Shown here one piece after another: positions 38,912 to 47,282 of a stretch of 57,367 nt of DNA (within the stretch, counting starts at the first letter, position 1; every line of letters begins with the position of its first letter). The notes under the pieces were generated by a model, which searched no databases, was not told the DNA's origin, and saw only the letters and a program-made list of their open reading frames with translations. A program made the position numbers and the translations under genes. Origin of the DNA: Candidatus Rifleibacteriota bacterium (GTDB lineage: Bacteria > Muiribacteriota > UBA6191 > JACPRK01 > JACQZM01); assembly GCA_016213885.1 (NCBI GenBank), contig JACQZM010000067.1:1-57367 (forward strand). Direction: 5' to 3'.

Positions 38912-39143
38912 AGAACAGGCTAGCACTACCACGAAAGATCCCGGCCGTCGCGAGGCCGAGCGAGGCGAACGCTGGCAAGGAAGAGGAGCGAAAGGACCGG
39001 AGGTGTACTTGAACAGTACATCGAGGACCTTTCGCGACGATGACGCCGCGGAGCCGTGGGGGCCCCCCACCACAACAATTCACTTCTATGCCAGGTGGGG
39101 GCCGCAGTAGGGCGGGATCTTTCGTTGTAGTGCTAGGTGTTCC
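38912..39143. repeat. About 230-bp element closed by a long inverted repeat (24-bp core, 1 mismatch) with a nested central hairpin
   Basis: The left arm CTAGCACTACCACGAAAGATCCCG (38920-38943) is the reverse complement of the right arm CGGGATCTTTCGTTGTAGTGCTAG (39113-39136), except for one base. Flanking GAACA also pairs. The inner hairpin is GCGAAAGGACC...TGTACT-TGAAC-AGTACA...GGACCTTTCGC, around 38988-39035. Confidence 0.7.
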
Positions 39144-39684
39144 CGACGGTCACCGGAGCGAGCCGCTTGGTCCGCAGCTTGTCGGCGGACGTCACCACGA
39201 CGGTGATCTGACAGCCGCCACTCTTCTGGCCGTGGCACCCGGTGCAGCTGAACCGGAAGCCGTGCCCCTGCTGCGTGAGGCCGGTCACGTTGCTCAGGTC
39301 GGCCTGCCGCTCTCCTTTGGGCTGGTCCTTGGCGCCGCCCCTGTCGTGGATGATCGCCACCTGCACGGTCCCCACCTTGGCGCCGGCGAGCATCTCGTAC
39401 GCCTCCCCCACGACCTCCTGGCCGGTCGCCCCGGTGACCCGGCCGATCGGGTCCTGGACGCCGGGGGGTGGAGCGGTCGGGGTGGGGCTGTCGGTCGGTG
39501 CCTGCGGCACGTTGGGGTCGCCCGGGATCGGATACATGGGATACGGGTAAGGCTGGATGACCACGGTCGGGGGCGGCCTGCCGCAACCCGAGGCGAGCAG
39601 CGTTCCCGTCACGAGGAGCGAGATCAGCAAGAGGTCGAATGGCCTGAAACGCGGGGCACCGGCGACTCGCCGAGCACGGATCAT
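39133..39684 (-). CDS. Lipoprotein with a Pro-rich linker and a single CXXCH motif
   Basis: Lipobox LLASGC-G, Pro-rich region PYPYPMYPIPGDPNVPQAPTDSPTPTAPPPG, and C-terminal FSCTGCHGQKSGGC (CXXCH at 39232-39246). Confidence 0.65.
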   Translation of the reverse strand: MIRARRVAGAPRFRPFDLLLISLLVTGTLLASGCGRPPPTVVIQPYPYPMYPIPGDPNVPQAPTDSPTPTAPPPGVQDPIGRVTGATGQEVVGEAYEMLAGAKVGTVQVAIIHDRGGAKDQPKGERQADLSNVTGLTQQGHGFRFSCTGCHGQKSGGCQITVVVTSADKLRTKRLAPVTVGNT

Positions 39685-39881
39685 ATGTTCCTCCCTTGGA
39701 AAGACAATCGATGGACGGGCACGCTCCGCTCCTCATCAGGGACCGTGCCAGCTTGAAACGGTCTATCGATCGCGGCTCGTGCGCGGTGATCGCCGACGAA
39801 GGCGGGCAGGACTGTGCCGCCCTGCCGCAACCAGGAGCGGGGCGTCGTGCCGGATCGGCACACCGATCGGGCACGACAGCG

Positions 39882-40478
39882 TCAGGGCGTCTCCAGGTTC
39901 TGGTCTGCCAGGGCGTCGCCGGGGTCCGGGAAGCCCGACAGGATCTCCCAGTGCAGATCGGGCAACGCGCGCGGAGTGGGCATCCTCAACAGAAAGGTGC
40001 GGACCACGCCGCGACCCTCGGGGTCGCCGGCGGGCCGCGGGATCTCCAGAGCCACCCGCACCACCGGCCCGGTGGGCGCCCGGAAGGGGGAGAAGGCGAT
40101 CGATTGCAGCGGCATCGAGCCCACCGACTCCTTGCGACCCTCGCTCTCCCGCTGGAGGAAGGCGCCGGGTCGTTCCAGGGAGTACTTCACGGACCGGAGC
40201 CCCAGCACCGTTCCCGATCGGTGCGCCGGGTCGTAGACGTAGAAGGCCAGCCTGGACAGGTCGTCGGTCCAGTAGCGGACCGGGCAGCCCGAGACGATCA
40301 CCAGCCGGCTCAGGTCCGACTCGATCCGCTCCTCCACCACCCGGTGACCCGGGCCACGCGTCGCCCCGGTGGCGCCGAGGCGGCCCCGGGGGTGATACTC
40401 CGGGAAGGGGAACGAAGGGGCGCGGACCGACGCCCGGGGGCGACGCACCCTGCCGGGAGTGATGACGCCATGCGGCAT
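39882..40478 (-). CDS. Hypothetical protein, about 198 aa (start uncertain)
   Basis: This is the C-terminal part of the 572-aa minus-strand ORF. From ATG 40478 downstream, third positions are overwhelmingly G/C (..RVVEERIESDLSRLVIVSGCPVRYWTDDLSRLAFYVYDPAH..). Upstream of 40478 the frame is antisense to the signal peptide of the divergent TPR gene. Confidence 0.5.
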   Translation of the reverse strand: MPHGVITPGRVRRPRASVRAPSFPFPEYHPRGRLGATGATRGPGHRVVEERIESDLSRLVIVSGCPVRYWTDDLSRLAFYVYDPAHRSGTVLGLRSVKYSLERPGAFLQRESEGRKESVGSMPLQSIAFSPFRAPTGPVVRVALEIPRPAGDPEGRGVVRTFLLRMPTPRALPDLHWEILSGFPDPGDALADQNLETP

Positions 40479-41519
40479 CGAGCCTTCACGATGTGCGTTC
40501 TCGTCGTGGCCGGGAGCCTGACCCCGGTCGTGCCGGACAGCGCCCGCGCCGCGGCCCCGCCCGCACCGGTCGCCGGCCCGGTCCGGTCCCCAGCGCCGGG
40601 AACCGACGCGACGTCGGTGTTGCAGCAGGCCAAGGCGCTGTACATGCTGGGCCGCTTCGAGGATGCCCGCATCGCCGTCGACCGGGCGATCAGCCTGGCG
40701 CCGGGCAACCCCGCGGCCTTCGCCCTGCTGGGCTGGATCCACAAGCTCAAGAACGAGCTCCCCGAGGCCCAGAACGCCTTCTCCCAGGCCGCCAGGCTCG
40801 CCCCGGACAACGCCAGGGTACGCGAGATGGCCGAGGCTCTGACCAGGAAGCTGGGCGTCTTCCACTACGCCCACGGCGTCGAGGCGTTCCGCAGGCAGGA
40901 CTGGGCCCGGGCCTCCGAGCACCTGGAGAAGGCGCTGGAGAAGGAGATCCTGGGACCGGAGCAGTCGGCCATCGCCCAGCAGTACCTGGTGATCGCCAGG
41001 TTCTCCCGGCAACGGGTGGCCCAGGAGATCCAGCGGATCCAGGCCGAGCGGGAGTTCGTGGAGCGGGGCTACACCGCGAAGAAGATAGGCCTCCACGAGG
41101 TGGCGACGCACCCGGGCTCCTACGGCTTCGGAAGCTACGTGGACTTCTCCGGGTGGGTGGTGGCGCGCAGCGACGACCCGGACGGGTCGGAGCTCACCGT
41201 GGCCCCCCGGGGCAGATCCCGGTTCTCCAGATCGAGCTCCACGATGACCGACTGGTTCACCATCCGGACGCCCCGGCCGCTCCCGGGCGACGCCCGGGCG
41301 TTCTGCGGCTCGTTCGTCTCGGTGCGGGGGCGCCTGATCGACTCCCGGTATATCGAGAACCCGATCAACTCGGTCACCACCAGTCGCCCGAGACCGACGG
41401 TGCTGGCCTCCATGATCGAGTTCCCGGGAAGCTCCCGCACCCTTGCCGGACCGCTCCGCATCGACTACCTCGGCTACTCCAGGGAGCAGCGGCTCCAGCT
41501 CGAATCGACCGCTCCTTGA
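40470..41519 (+). CDS. Secreted TPR-repeat protein
   Basis: Start at ATG 40470 (MRHRAFTMCVLVVAGSLTPVVPDSARA, signal-peptide-like). TPR units: AKALYMLGRFEDARIAVDRAISLAPGNPAAFALLGWIHKLKNELPEAQNAFSQAARLAPDN. Confidence 0.75.
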   Translation: MRHRAFTMCVLVVAGSLTPVVPDSARAAAPPAPVAGPVRSPAPGTDATSVLQQAKALYMLGRFEDARIAVDRAISLAPGNPAAFALLGWIHKLKNELPEAQNAFSQAARLAPDNARVREMAEALTRKLGVFHYAHGVEAFRRQDWARASEHLEKALEKEILGPEQSAIAQQYLVIARFSRQRVAQEIQRIQAEREFVERGYTAKKIGLHEVATHPGSYGFGSYVDFSGWVVARSDDPDGSELTVAPRGRSRFSRSSSTMTDWFTIRTPRPLPGDARAFCGSFVSVRGRLIDSRYIENPINSVTTSRPRPTVLASMIEFPGSSRTLAGPLRIDYLGYSREQRLQLESTAP

Positions 41520-41785
41520 CCTGTTCCGTCCGCCTCGACCCGGACGGCCTCGCCTCCCTGGATGCACCGACCGGACCCGACGATGACGTGCCCGGTCCAA
41601 GACGATCCGGCGAGGCGCCGTCTCGAGTTATCCCTTGTCAGGTCGGACCATGTCCCTGTACCCTACCGATCTGAGGCCACGGGTCCAGAGGACCCGTCGA
41701 CCTTCTGGCCCGGTCCGAGAGCACGGCGCCCGACTCGCCCAGGGGTCTTCATAGTCGCCCACCGACGACCGCGAAGGAGTCGCCA

Positions 41786-43843
41786 ATGACAACCGAGAGC
41801 AAGTTCAAACCCTACGTGCCGGCCGACAGCGACATGCCGGAGTTCACCACCCGCGCGCTGATCATCGGACTCATCATGTCCGTGGTGCTCGGCGCGGCGA
41901 ACGCCTACCTGGGCCTGAAGGCCGGGATGACGATCGCAGCCACGTACCCGGCGGCCGTGATCGGGATGGCGGTCCTCAGGATGATGAAGGGGACCGTCCT
42001 CGAGGAGAACTTCGCCCGGACCGTGGGCTCCATCGGCGAGTCGGTGGCAGCCGGCGCGATCTTCACCCTGCCGGCCTTCTACATCGCCGAGATCTGGAAG
42101 GACTTCGCCACGGTGGGTCACTATCTCGAGTCCACGGCGATCATGCTGGCCGGCGGCATCCTCGGCATCATGTTCGTCGCTCTGCTGCGGCGAGTCATGG
42201 TGGAAGACGTGGACCTGCCGTTCCCCGAGTCGGTGGCGGCGGCCGAGATCCACAAGGCCGGCCAGGCCGGCGGCACCGGGGCGGTCTACCTGTTCGGCGC
42301 CATGGTCGTCGGCGCCGTGATCCAGTCGCTGGGGCAACTCCGGGTGATCGCCACCGAGTGGACCGGCTACGTCCTGTTCGAAGCCAAGAAGATCCTCCTG
42401 GTCAAGTCGAAGATCACCGCCACCGCCCAGAGCGGACTCGTCCTGAGCTCGCCAGGGGTGAGCCCGGCCTACGTCGGCGTGGGCTACATCATCGGACCGA
42501 CCCTGGGGTCGCTCAACTTCTCCGGAGGCCTCCTGGCCTGGGGTCTGTTCGTCCCGATCATGACCTACTTCATCGCGCCCGGGGTGTTCCCGAAGCTGGA
42601 CGGGGTCTCCACGTCGCAGTGGATGACGCTCTCCGCCGACGTGTGGCGCTACATCGTCCGGCCGATCGCCATCGGTGGGATGCTCGTCTCGGCGGCCTAC
42701 ACCCTGTTCAAGATGCGCAACAGCCTGATCACCGGGATCGGTCGCTCCATCTCCGACGTCAAGAAGGCCGCGGCCACCGGTGAAGAGATCGTCGCCCGGA
42801 CCGACAAGGACATCGCGTTCAACAAGATCCTGATGGGGATCGCCGGTTCCGCGGTGTTGACCCTCGGGATCTACTACTACTTCGCCCAGAGCTTCGTGGC
42901 CGCCCTGGTCGCCACGATCGTGATGGTCATCGCCGGCTTCTTCTTCGCCGCCGTGTCGGGGTACCTGGTGGGGATCATCGGCTCCTCCAACAACCCGATC
43001 TCGGGGTTGACGCTCTCCACCCTGATCGTGGCGGCGTTGCTGATGGTCGCTCTGGGGATGAAGGGCGAATACGGCGTGGCCGCGGTGCTCGGCGTGGCCG
43101 GGGTCGTGTGCGTGTCGTCCGCCGTGGCCGGCGAGATGCTCCAGGACCTGAAGGCCGGGCACCTCCTCGGTGGTACTCCATGGAAGATGCAGATCGGCGA
43201 CATCATCGGAGTGGCTCTGGCCGCGCTCGTGATGTTTGGCCCGCTGGTGGTGCTGCACCAGGGAGACATCGCCGCGGGGAAGATGGCCAAGGAGGCGTAC
43301 GTGGGCGGCTTCGGCGGACCGAAGCTGGCAGCCCCCCAGGCGAGTCTGATGGCCATGCTCTCCAAGGGGATCGTCGGCGGGGAGATGGCATGGCCCTTGA
43401 TCATCGTCGGGATGCTCATGGGCCTGGGGTTCATCCTGATGCAGGTCAGGAGCCCCATGCTGGTCTCGGTGGGCATGTACCTCCCCCTCGACACGACGTT
43501 CGCGATCTTCATAGGCGGTCTGATCAAGGGCATGGTGGACATGCTCAACGAGCGCCGGAAACACAACGATGCCCAGAAGGCCCGGGTCGAGAACACCGGC
43601 GTGCTGCTCGCGTCGGGTCTGATAGCCGGCGAGGCGCTCATCGGGCTCCTGTTCGCTGCCATGGCGTTCCGCGAGATCGACTACGGCGGCTGGTTGCCCG
43701 GCAAGTTCGCCGAGGGCGTGCTGCCGCTACCGTTCGCCTACAGCCTCCTGGTCTTCGCGTTGCTCATCTGGATCCTCGTCCGGATTCCGGTCGCGAACGC
43801 CGGATCTCCGGATGAGCCGGCTCCTCCGAGCGGCACGTTCTAG
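41786..43843 (+). CDS. OPT family oligopeptide transporter
   Basis: 685-aa polytopic membrane protein with a GAAGGAG RBS. The N-terminus EFTTRALIIGLIMSVVLGAANAYLGLKAGMTIAATYPAAV is typical of bacterial OPT transporters. Confidence 0.9.
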   Translation: MTTESKFKPYVPADSDMPEFTTRALIIGLIMSVVLGAANAYLGLKAGMTIAATYPAAVIGMAVLRMMKGTVLEENFARTVGSIGESVAAGAIFTLPAFYIAEIWKDFATVGHYLESTAIMLAGGILGIMFVALLRRVMVEDVDLPFPESVAAAEIHKAGQAGGTGAVYLFGAMVVGAVIQSLGQLRVIATEWTGYVLFEAKKILLVKSKITATAQSGLVLSSPGVSPAYVGVGYIIGPTLGSLNFSGGLLAWGLFVPIMTYFIAPGVFPKLDGVSTSQWMTLSADVWRYIVRPIAIGGMLVSAAYTLFKMRNSLITGIGRSISDVKKAAATGEEIVARTDKDIAFNKILMGIAGSAVLTLGIYYYFAQSFVAALVATIVMVIAGFFFAAVSGYLVGIIGSSNNPISGLTLSTLIVAALLMVALGMKGEYGVAAVLGVAGVVCVSSAVAGEMLQDLKAGHLLGGTPWKMQIGDIIGVALAALVMFGPLVVLHQGDIAAGKMAKEAYVGGFGGPKLAAPQASLMAMLSKGIVGGEMAWPLIIVGMLMGLGFILMQVRSPMLVSVGMYLPLDTTFAIFIGGLIKGMVDMLNERRKHNDAQKARVENTGVLLASGLIAGEALIGLLFAAMAFREIDYGGWLPGKFAEGVLPLPFAYSLLVFALLIWILVRIPVANAGSPDEPAPPSGTF

Positions 43844-43888
43844 TCGGAGCTCTCGATCGCCCGGGCCGGGCCCCTCGAGGGATCGCCC

Positions 43889-44245
43889 ATGGAACCCAAC
43901 GAAGAGAAGCAGACGCTGAACCTCCTGGAGCTGAAACCCCGCCGGAAGCTCGACTGGGAGCCCCAGCCAGGGGATCTGGTGACCCTGCTCGTGCCGAGGT
44001 TCCGGCACCCGTTCGTGGTCCGCTGGATCGTGCCGATCCTGCCGGCGTCACGGTACGTCCGGGTCCATCTGGATCCCATGGGGAGCCTGGTCTGGAACCT
44101 GTGCGACGGCAACACCGCGGTCCTCGAGATGGGTGAGAAGGCGGCCACGAAGTTCGGCGGCGACGTGGACACCTGGTACGACCGGATCGGCCGGTTCCTC
44201 AAGAAGCTGGAGCGAGAGCGGTTCCTGGAGATTCCCCGACCCTGA
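43889..44245 (+). CDS. PqqD-family (RRE-type peptide-binding) protein
   Basis: 118 aa. LDPMGSLVWNLCDGNTAVLEMGEKAATKFGGDVDTWYDRIGRFLKKLERERFLE follows the PqqD pattern (l..vg..iW.lcDG..tv.ei...l...y......v..fl..L...gli). Confidence 0.7.
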   Translation: MEPNEEKQTLNLLELKPRRKLDWEPQPGDLVTLLVPRFRHPFVVRWIVPILPASRYVRVHLDPMGSLVWNLCDGNTAVLEMGEKAATKFGGDVDTWYDRIGRFLKKLERERFLEIPRP

Positions 44246-44293
44246 GCCTCCGGCGCACCGGCGCTGTCGCCCGGGTCTTTGCGCCGGGCCCGG

Positions 44294-45591
44294 TCAGGCC
44301 GGCTTCTCCTCCTGCTTGCCTCTCTCGAGCACGCCGCCCTCCTGCTGGTCTGCCCGGAGGAGCTGGAAAGCGAAGACCAGCCCCGCGACCCCCAGGCTTG
44401 CGAACATGACCTGGGATGACGCGTAGGTGCCGGTGCGGTCCCGGAGCCACCCGGACAGCAGCGGGAACAGCCCCAGTCCGATGTTCTGGATCATCGTCAT
44501 GAGGCCGAACGCCGTGCACACCACGGACTTGTCCACCACCAGCGGCCCCGACGGCCACATGGCCGCCGGCACCAGGCCGAACGCGACCCCCGGCACGGGA
44601 TCAGGATGAGGGAGCCCACCACCATCAGCGTGGCCCGCCTCCCGATCCGGTCCACCAGGTGGCCCGCGAACGGCGCGCACACCATCGACGCGAAGATGAT
44701 GATGCTGGTCACCCCGGGGGCGGTGCTGAACATGTTGAGGAAGTTGGCGAACACCCGGGCCAGGAAGCCACCCTCGGCCATCGCGGTCTTGGGGAGGTTC
44801 CACTTGTCGTGGAACATGTCCGTGGACAGATCGGTGAACGGGAAGATGGCGGAGTAGAACGTGAGGCAGAGGAGCGTCACGTACCAGTACGACGCGCCGA
44901 ACTTCCGGATGTCGGAGAAGACGATCTTGTCGCCGCCGCCCTCGTCGGCCAGCTTCAGCGCTCGCTCGCCCCTCAGGTCCAGCAGGTTGTAGACGAGGTT
45001 GCACACCAGCGACAGGCCGCACAGGATCGCCGCGGCCCACAGGGCGTACTTGTAGTTGTTAAAGTGGGTGGCGATCGCCTCCTCGGTATTGAAGGCGAAC
45101 AGGGTCCCGAGTCTGCTCAGGGTGAGGGAGATCCCGAAGGCCATGGCCAGCTCCCTCCCCTTGAACCACTTCGCGATGATGGCGCTCTGGGCGACCACCA
45201 GGGACTCGGACCCGGCTCCGAAGATGAACCGCCCCACGAACAGCATCTTCACGCTCGGCGCCAGGGCGACGATCGTGGCGCCCAGCGTCACCAGACCCGA
45301 GAACAGCAGGCTGGCCTTGCGCGTTCCCAGCTTGTCGATGAGCAGGCCGCCGAAGAAGACGATGAAGATCGCCGCGACGGAGTACGCGGTGAACAGGTTG
45401 CCGATGGTCTGCCGGTCGATCCCGAGCTCCTTGATCAGGGTCGGCGCCAGGGCGCTGACCGAGTCGAAGGCGAAGTAGCTGCCGAACGTGAGCATGGAGA
45501 CGAAGAAGAGAAGCACGTACCGGAAAGCGGCCCGGGAGGGGTGGAAGGCGCCGACCTCTTGCGTGGTGGCGCCGCTGGTGCTATCGCTCAT
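44294..45591 (-). CDS. MFS transporter, apparent frameshift near 44600 (two overlapping ORFs 44497-45591 and 44294-45040)
   Basis: N-terminal frame: ..FVSMLTFGSYFAFDSVSALAPTLIKELG.. through ..RATLMVVGSLILIP. The continuation VPGVAFGLVPAAMWPSGPLVVDKSVVCTAFGLMTMIQNIGLGLFPLLSGWLRDRTG lies in another frame. Confidence 0.8.
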
Positions 45592-45844
45592 CGAGCCTCC
45601 AGGATGGTGAACCGGTCATCTGACCCGGGTGCCGGGTACATTGTATCACTCTCGACCCAGGCAAGGGAGTTCGTCTCGGCGCCCGGCGTCGCGTGCCCGG
45701 AAGACCGCAGCCCCAACTCGAGATTGACGTTTGAGGCGCCCGGGTCGATTCTAGGACCGATGCCCAGAGAGCGTCGTCGGCCCGGGCCAAGATCGCCAGG
45801 CAGACCGATCCCCACACGAGACCCGTATCGAGGAGAGTACGTCA

Positions 45845-47077
45845 GTGGAAAAAGAAATTCTTGAGAAGATCGCCGGTTACACCGAGTACGCCATAGAGCT
45901 CCAGCGTGGGCTGGTGTCGATCCCCGCGGTCTGCCCCGACAGCGGCGGCACGGGCGAGCTGGACAAGGCCGTCTGGCTCGAGCAGGAGCTCAAGAAGCTG
46001 AAGTTCGACGAGATCAAGCGCTACGATGCCCCCGATCCCAAGGCCAAGGGTGGCGTGCGGCCGAACCTGGTGGCGCGGTACAGGGGAGTCTCCTCGTCCA
46101 GGACCTTGTGGTTCATGGGACACCTGGACATCGTTCCCCCGGGGGAGCTCTCCCTCTGGAAGACCGACCCGTACACGCTGCACATCGAGGGCGACAAGCT
46201 CTACGGCCGGGGCTCCGAGGACAATCACCAGGGTGTGATCTCCAGCATCCTGTGTGTCAAGGCCATGATGGAGCTGGGCTTCCGGCCGCCGATCGACGTG
46301 GCGCTGCTGTTCGCCGCCGACGAGGAGACCGCCAGCACCTTCGGCGCCGGCTTCCTCTGCGACAAGCACCCGGATCTGTTCGGGAAGCACGACTCGTTCA
46401 TCGTCCCGGACGGCGGGTCCCCCGACGGCACCCTGGTGGAGATCGCCGAGAAGTCGATCATGTGGCTGAGAATCAAGACCCACGGCAAGCAGTGCCACGC
46501 CTCCATGCCGGCCCAGGGGAAGAACGCGTTCAGGGCGGCGTGCGAGCTGGTGACCAAGCTGGGCGGCCTGCGGACGAAGTTCAAGGTGCGGAACAAGCTG
46601 TTCGATCCGCCCTACAGCACCTTCGAGCCCACGAAGAAAGAGCCCAACGTCCCGAACGTCAACACGATCCCCGGCGAAGACGTCTTCTACCTCGACTCCC
46701 GGGTGCTCCCGGAGTACAAGCTCTCGGAGGTCAAGGCCGAGATCAAGAAGCACGCCCACGCCATCGAGAAGAAGCACGGCGTGACGATCTCCACCGAGCT
46801 CGTCCAGGAAGGAGAGGCGGCTCCGCCCACGTCGCCGGAATCGGACGTCGTGACGGCGATCATCCAGTCGATCAAGCAGATCTACAAGGTGAAGGGCAAG
46901 CCCAAGGGAATCGGCGGCGGCACCGTGGCGGCGTTCTTCCGGAGGCTCCACCTGCCGGCCGTGGTCTATTCCAGGCTCAACGAGGTGGCCCACCAGCCCA
47001 ACGAGTACTGCGAGCTCCAAAACCTCATCGGCGACGCCAAGGTGTTCGCCACCACGGCGATGAAGATGCACGCCTGA
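45845..47077 (+). CDS. M20 family metallo-hydrolase (ArgE/DapE/acylase-type peptidase)
   Basis: GTG start. Motifs: GHLDIVPPG, LYGRGSEDNHQG, AADEETAS, plus the dimerisation-domain region WLRIKTHGKQCHASMP. Confidence 0.9.
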   Translation: MEKEILEKIAGYTEYAIELQRGLVSIPAVCPDSGGTGELDKAVWLEQELKKLKFDEIKRYDAPDPKAKGGVRPNLVARYRGVSSSRTLWFMGHLDIVPPGELSLWKTDPYTLHIEGDKLYGRGSEDNHQGVISSILCVKAMMELGFRPPIDVALLFAADEETASTFGAGFLCDKHPDLFGKHDSFIVPDGGSPDGTLVEIAEKSIMWLRIKTHGKQCHASMPAQGKNAFRAACELVTKLGGLRTKFKVRNKLFDPPYSTFEPTKKEPNVPNVNTIPGEDVFYLDSRVLPEYKLSEVKAEIKKHAHAIEKKHGVTISTELVQEGEAAPPTSPESDVVTAIIQSIKQIYKVKGKPKGIGGGTVAAFFRRLHLPAVVYSRLNEVAHQPNEYCELQNLIGDAKVFATTAMKMHA

Positions 47078-47282
47078 TGCGTCGATGAGACGACCGGTCC
47101 GGGCGCTCCGGATCGGGTCGCCTCCGAACGTCCACGGACCCTCCTTTCCGGGGAGCCTCTTCCCGGGGGAGGGTTTCTGTTCCAGGGGGCCGCACCACCG
47201 GGAGAACCCGGACCGGCTTCTCTCGTCTGGTATCCTTGACCGGTGGTCCCGGGTCCGGGAGGGCCGATCGAGGAAGAGCCTC

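Noticed and set aside
38871-39110. Two 70-aa ORFs (38871-39083 minus, 38898-39110 plus) inside the inverted-repeat element
   Set aside because: They have no codon bias and no RBS, and they overlap each other on opposite strands. The region is better described as a structured or palindromic non-coding element.
39696-40469. Upstream 258 codons of the 607-aa plus-strand ORF
   Set aside because: The translation is low-complexity. The region is better explained by the minus-strand gene 39882-40478, which has strong third-position bias. A signal-peptide start exists at 40470.
41520-41785. Possible riboswitch in the 265-nt leader of the OPT transporter
   Set aside because: I could not match any riboswitch core I know (TPP, SAM, glycine, cobalamin, c-di-GMP, guanidine). 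Only small hairpins and a fragment of the dispersed repeat are visible, so I leave it as unexplained leader sequence.
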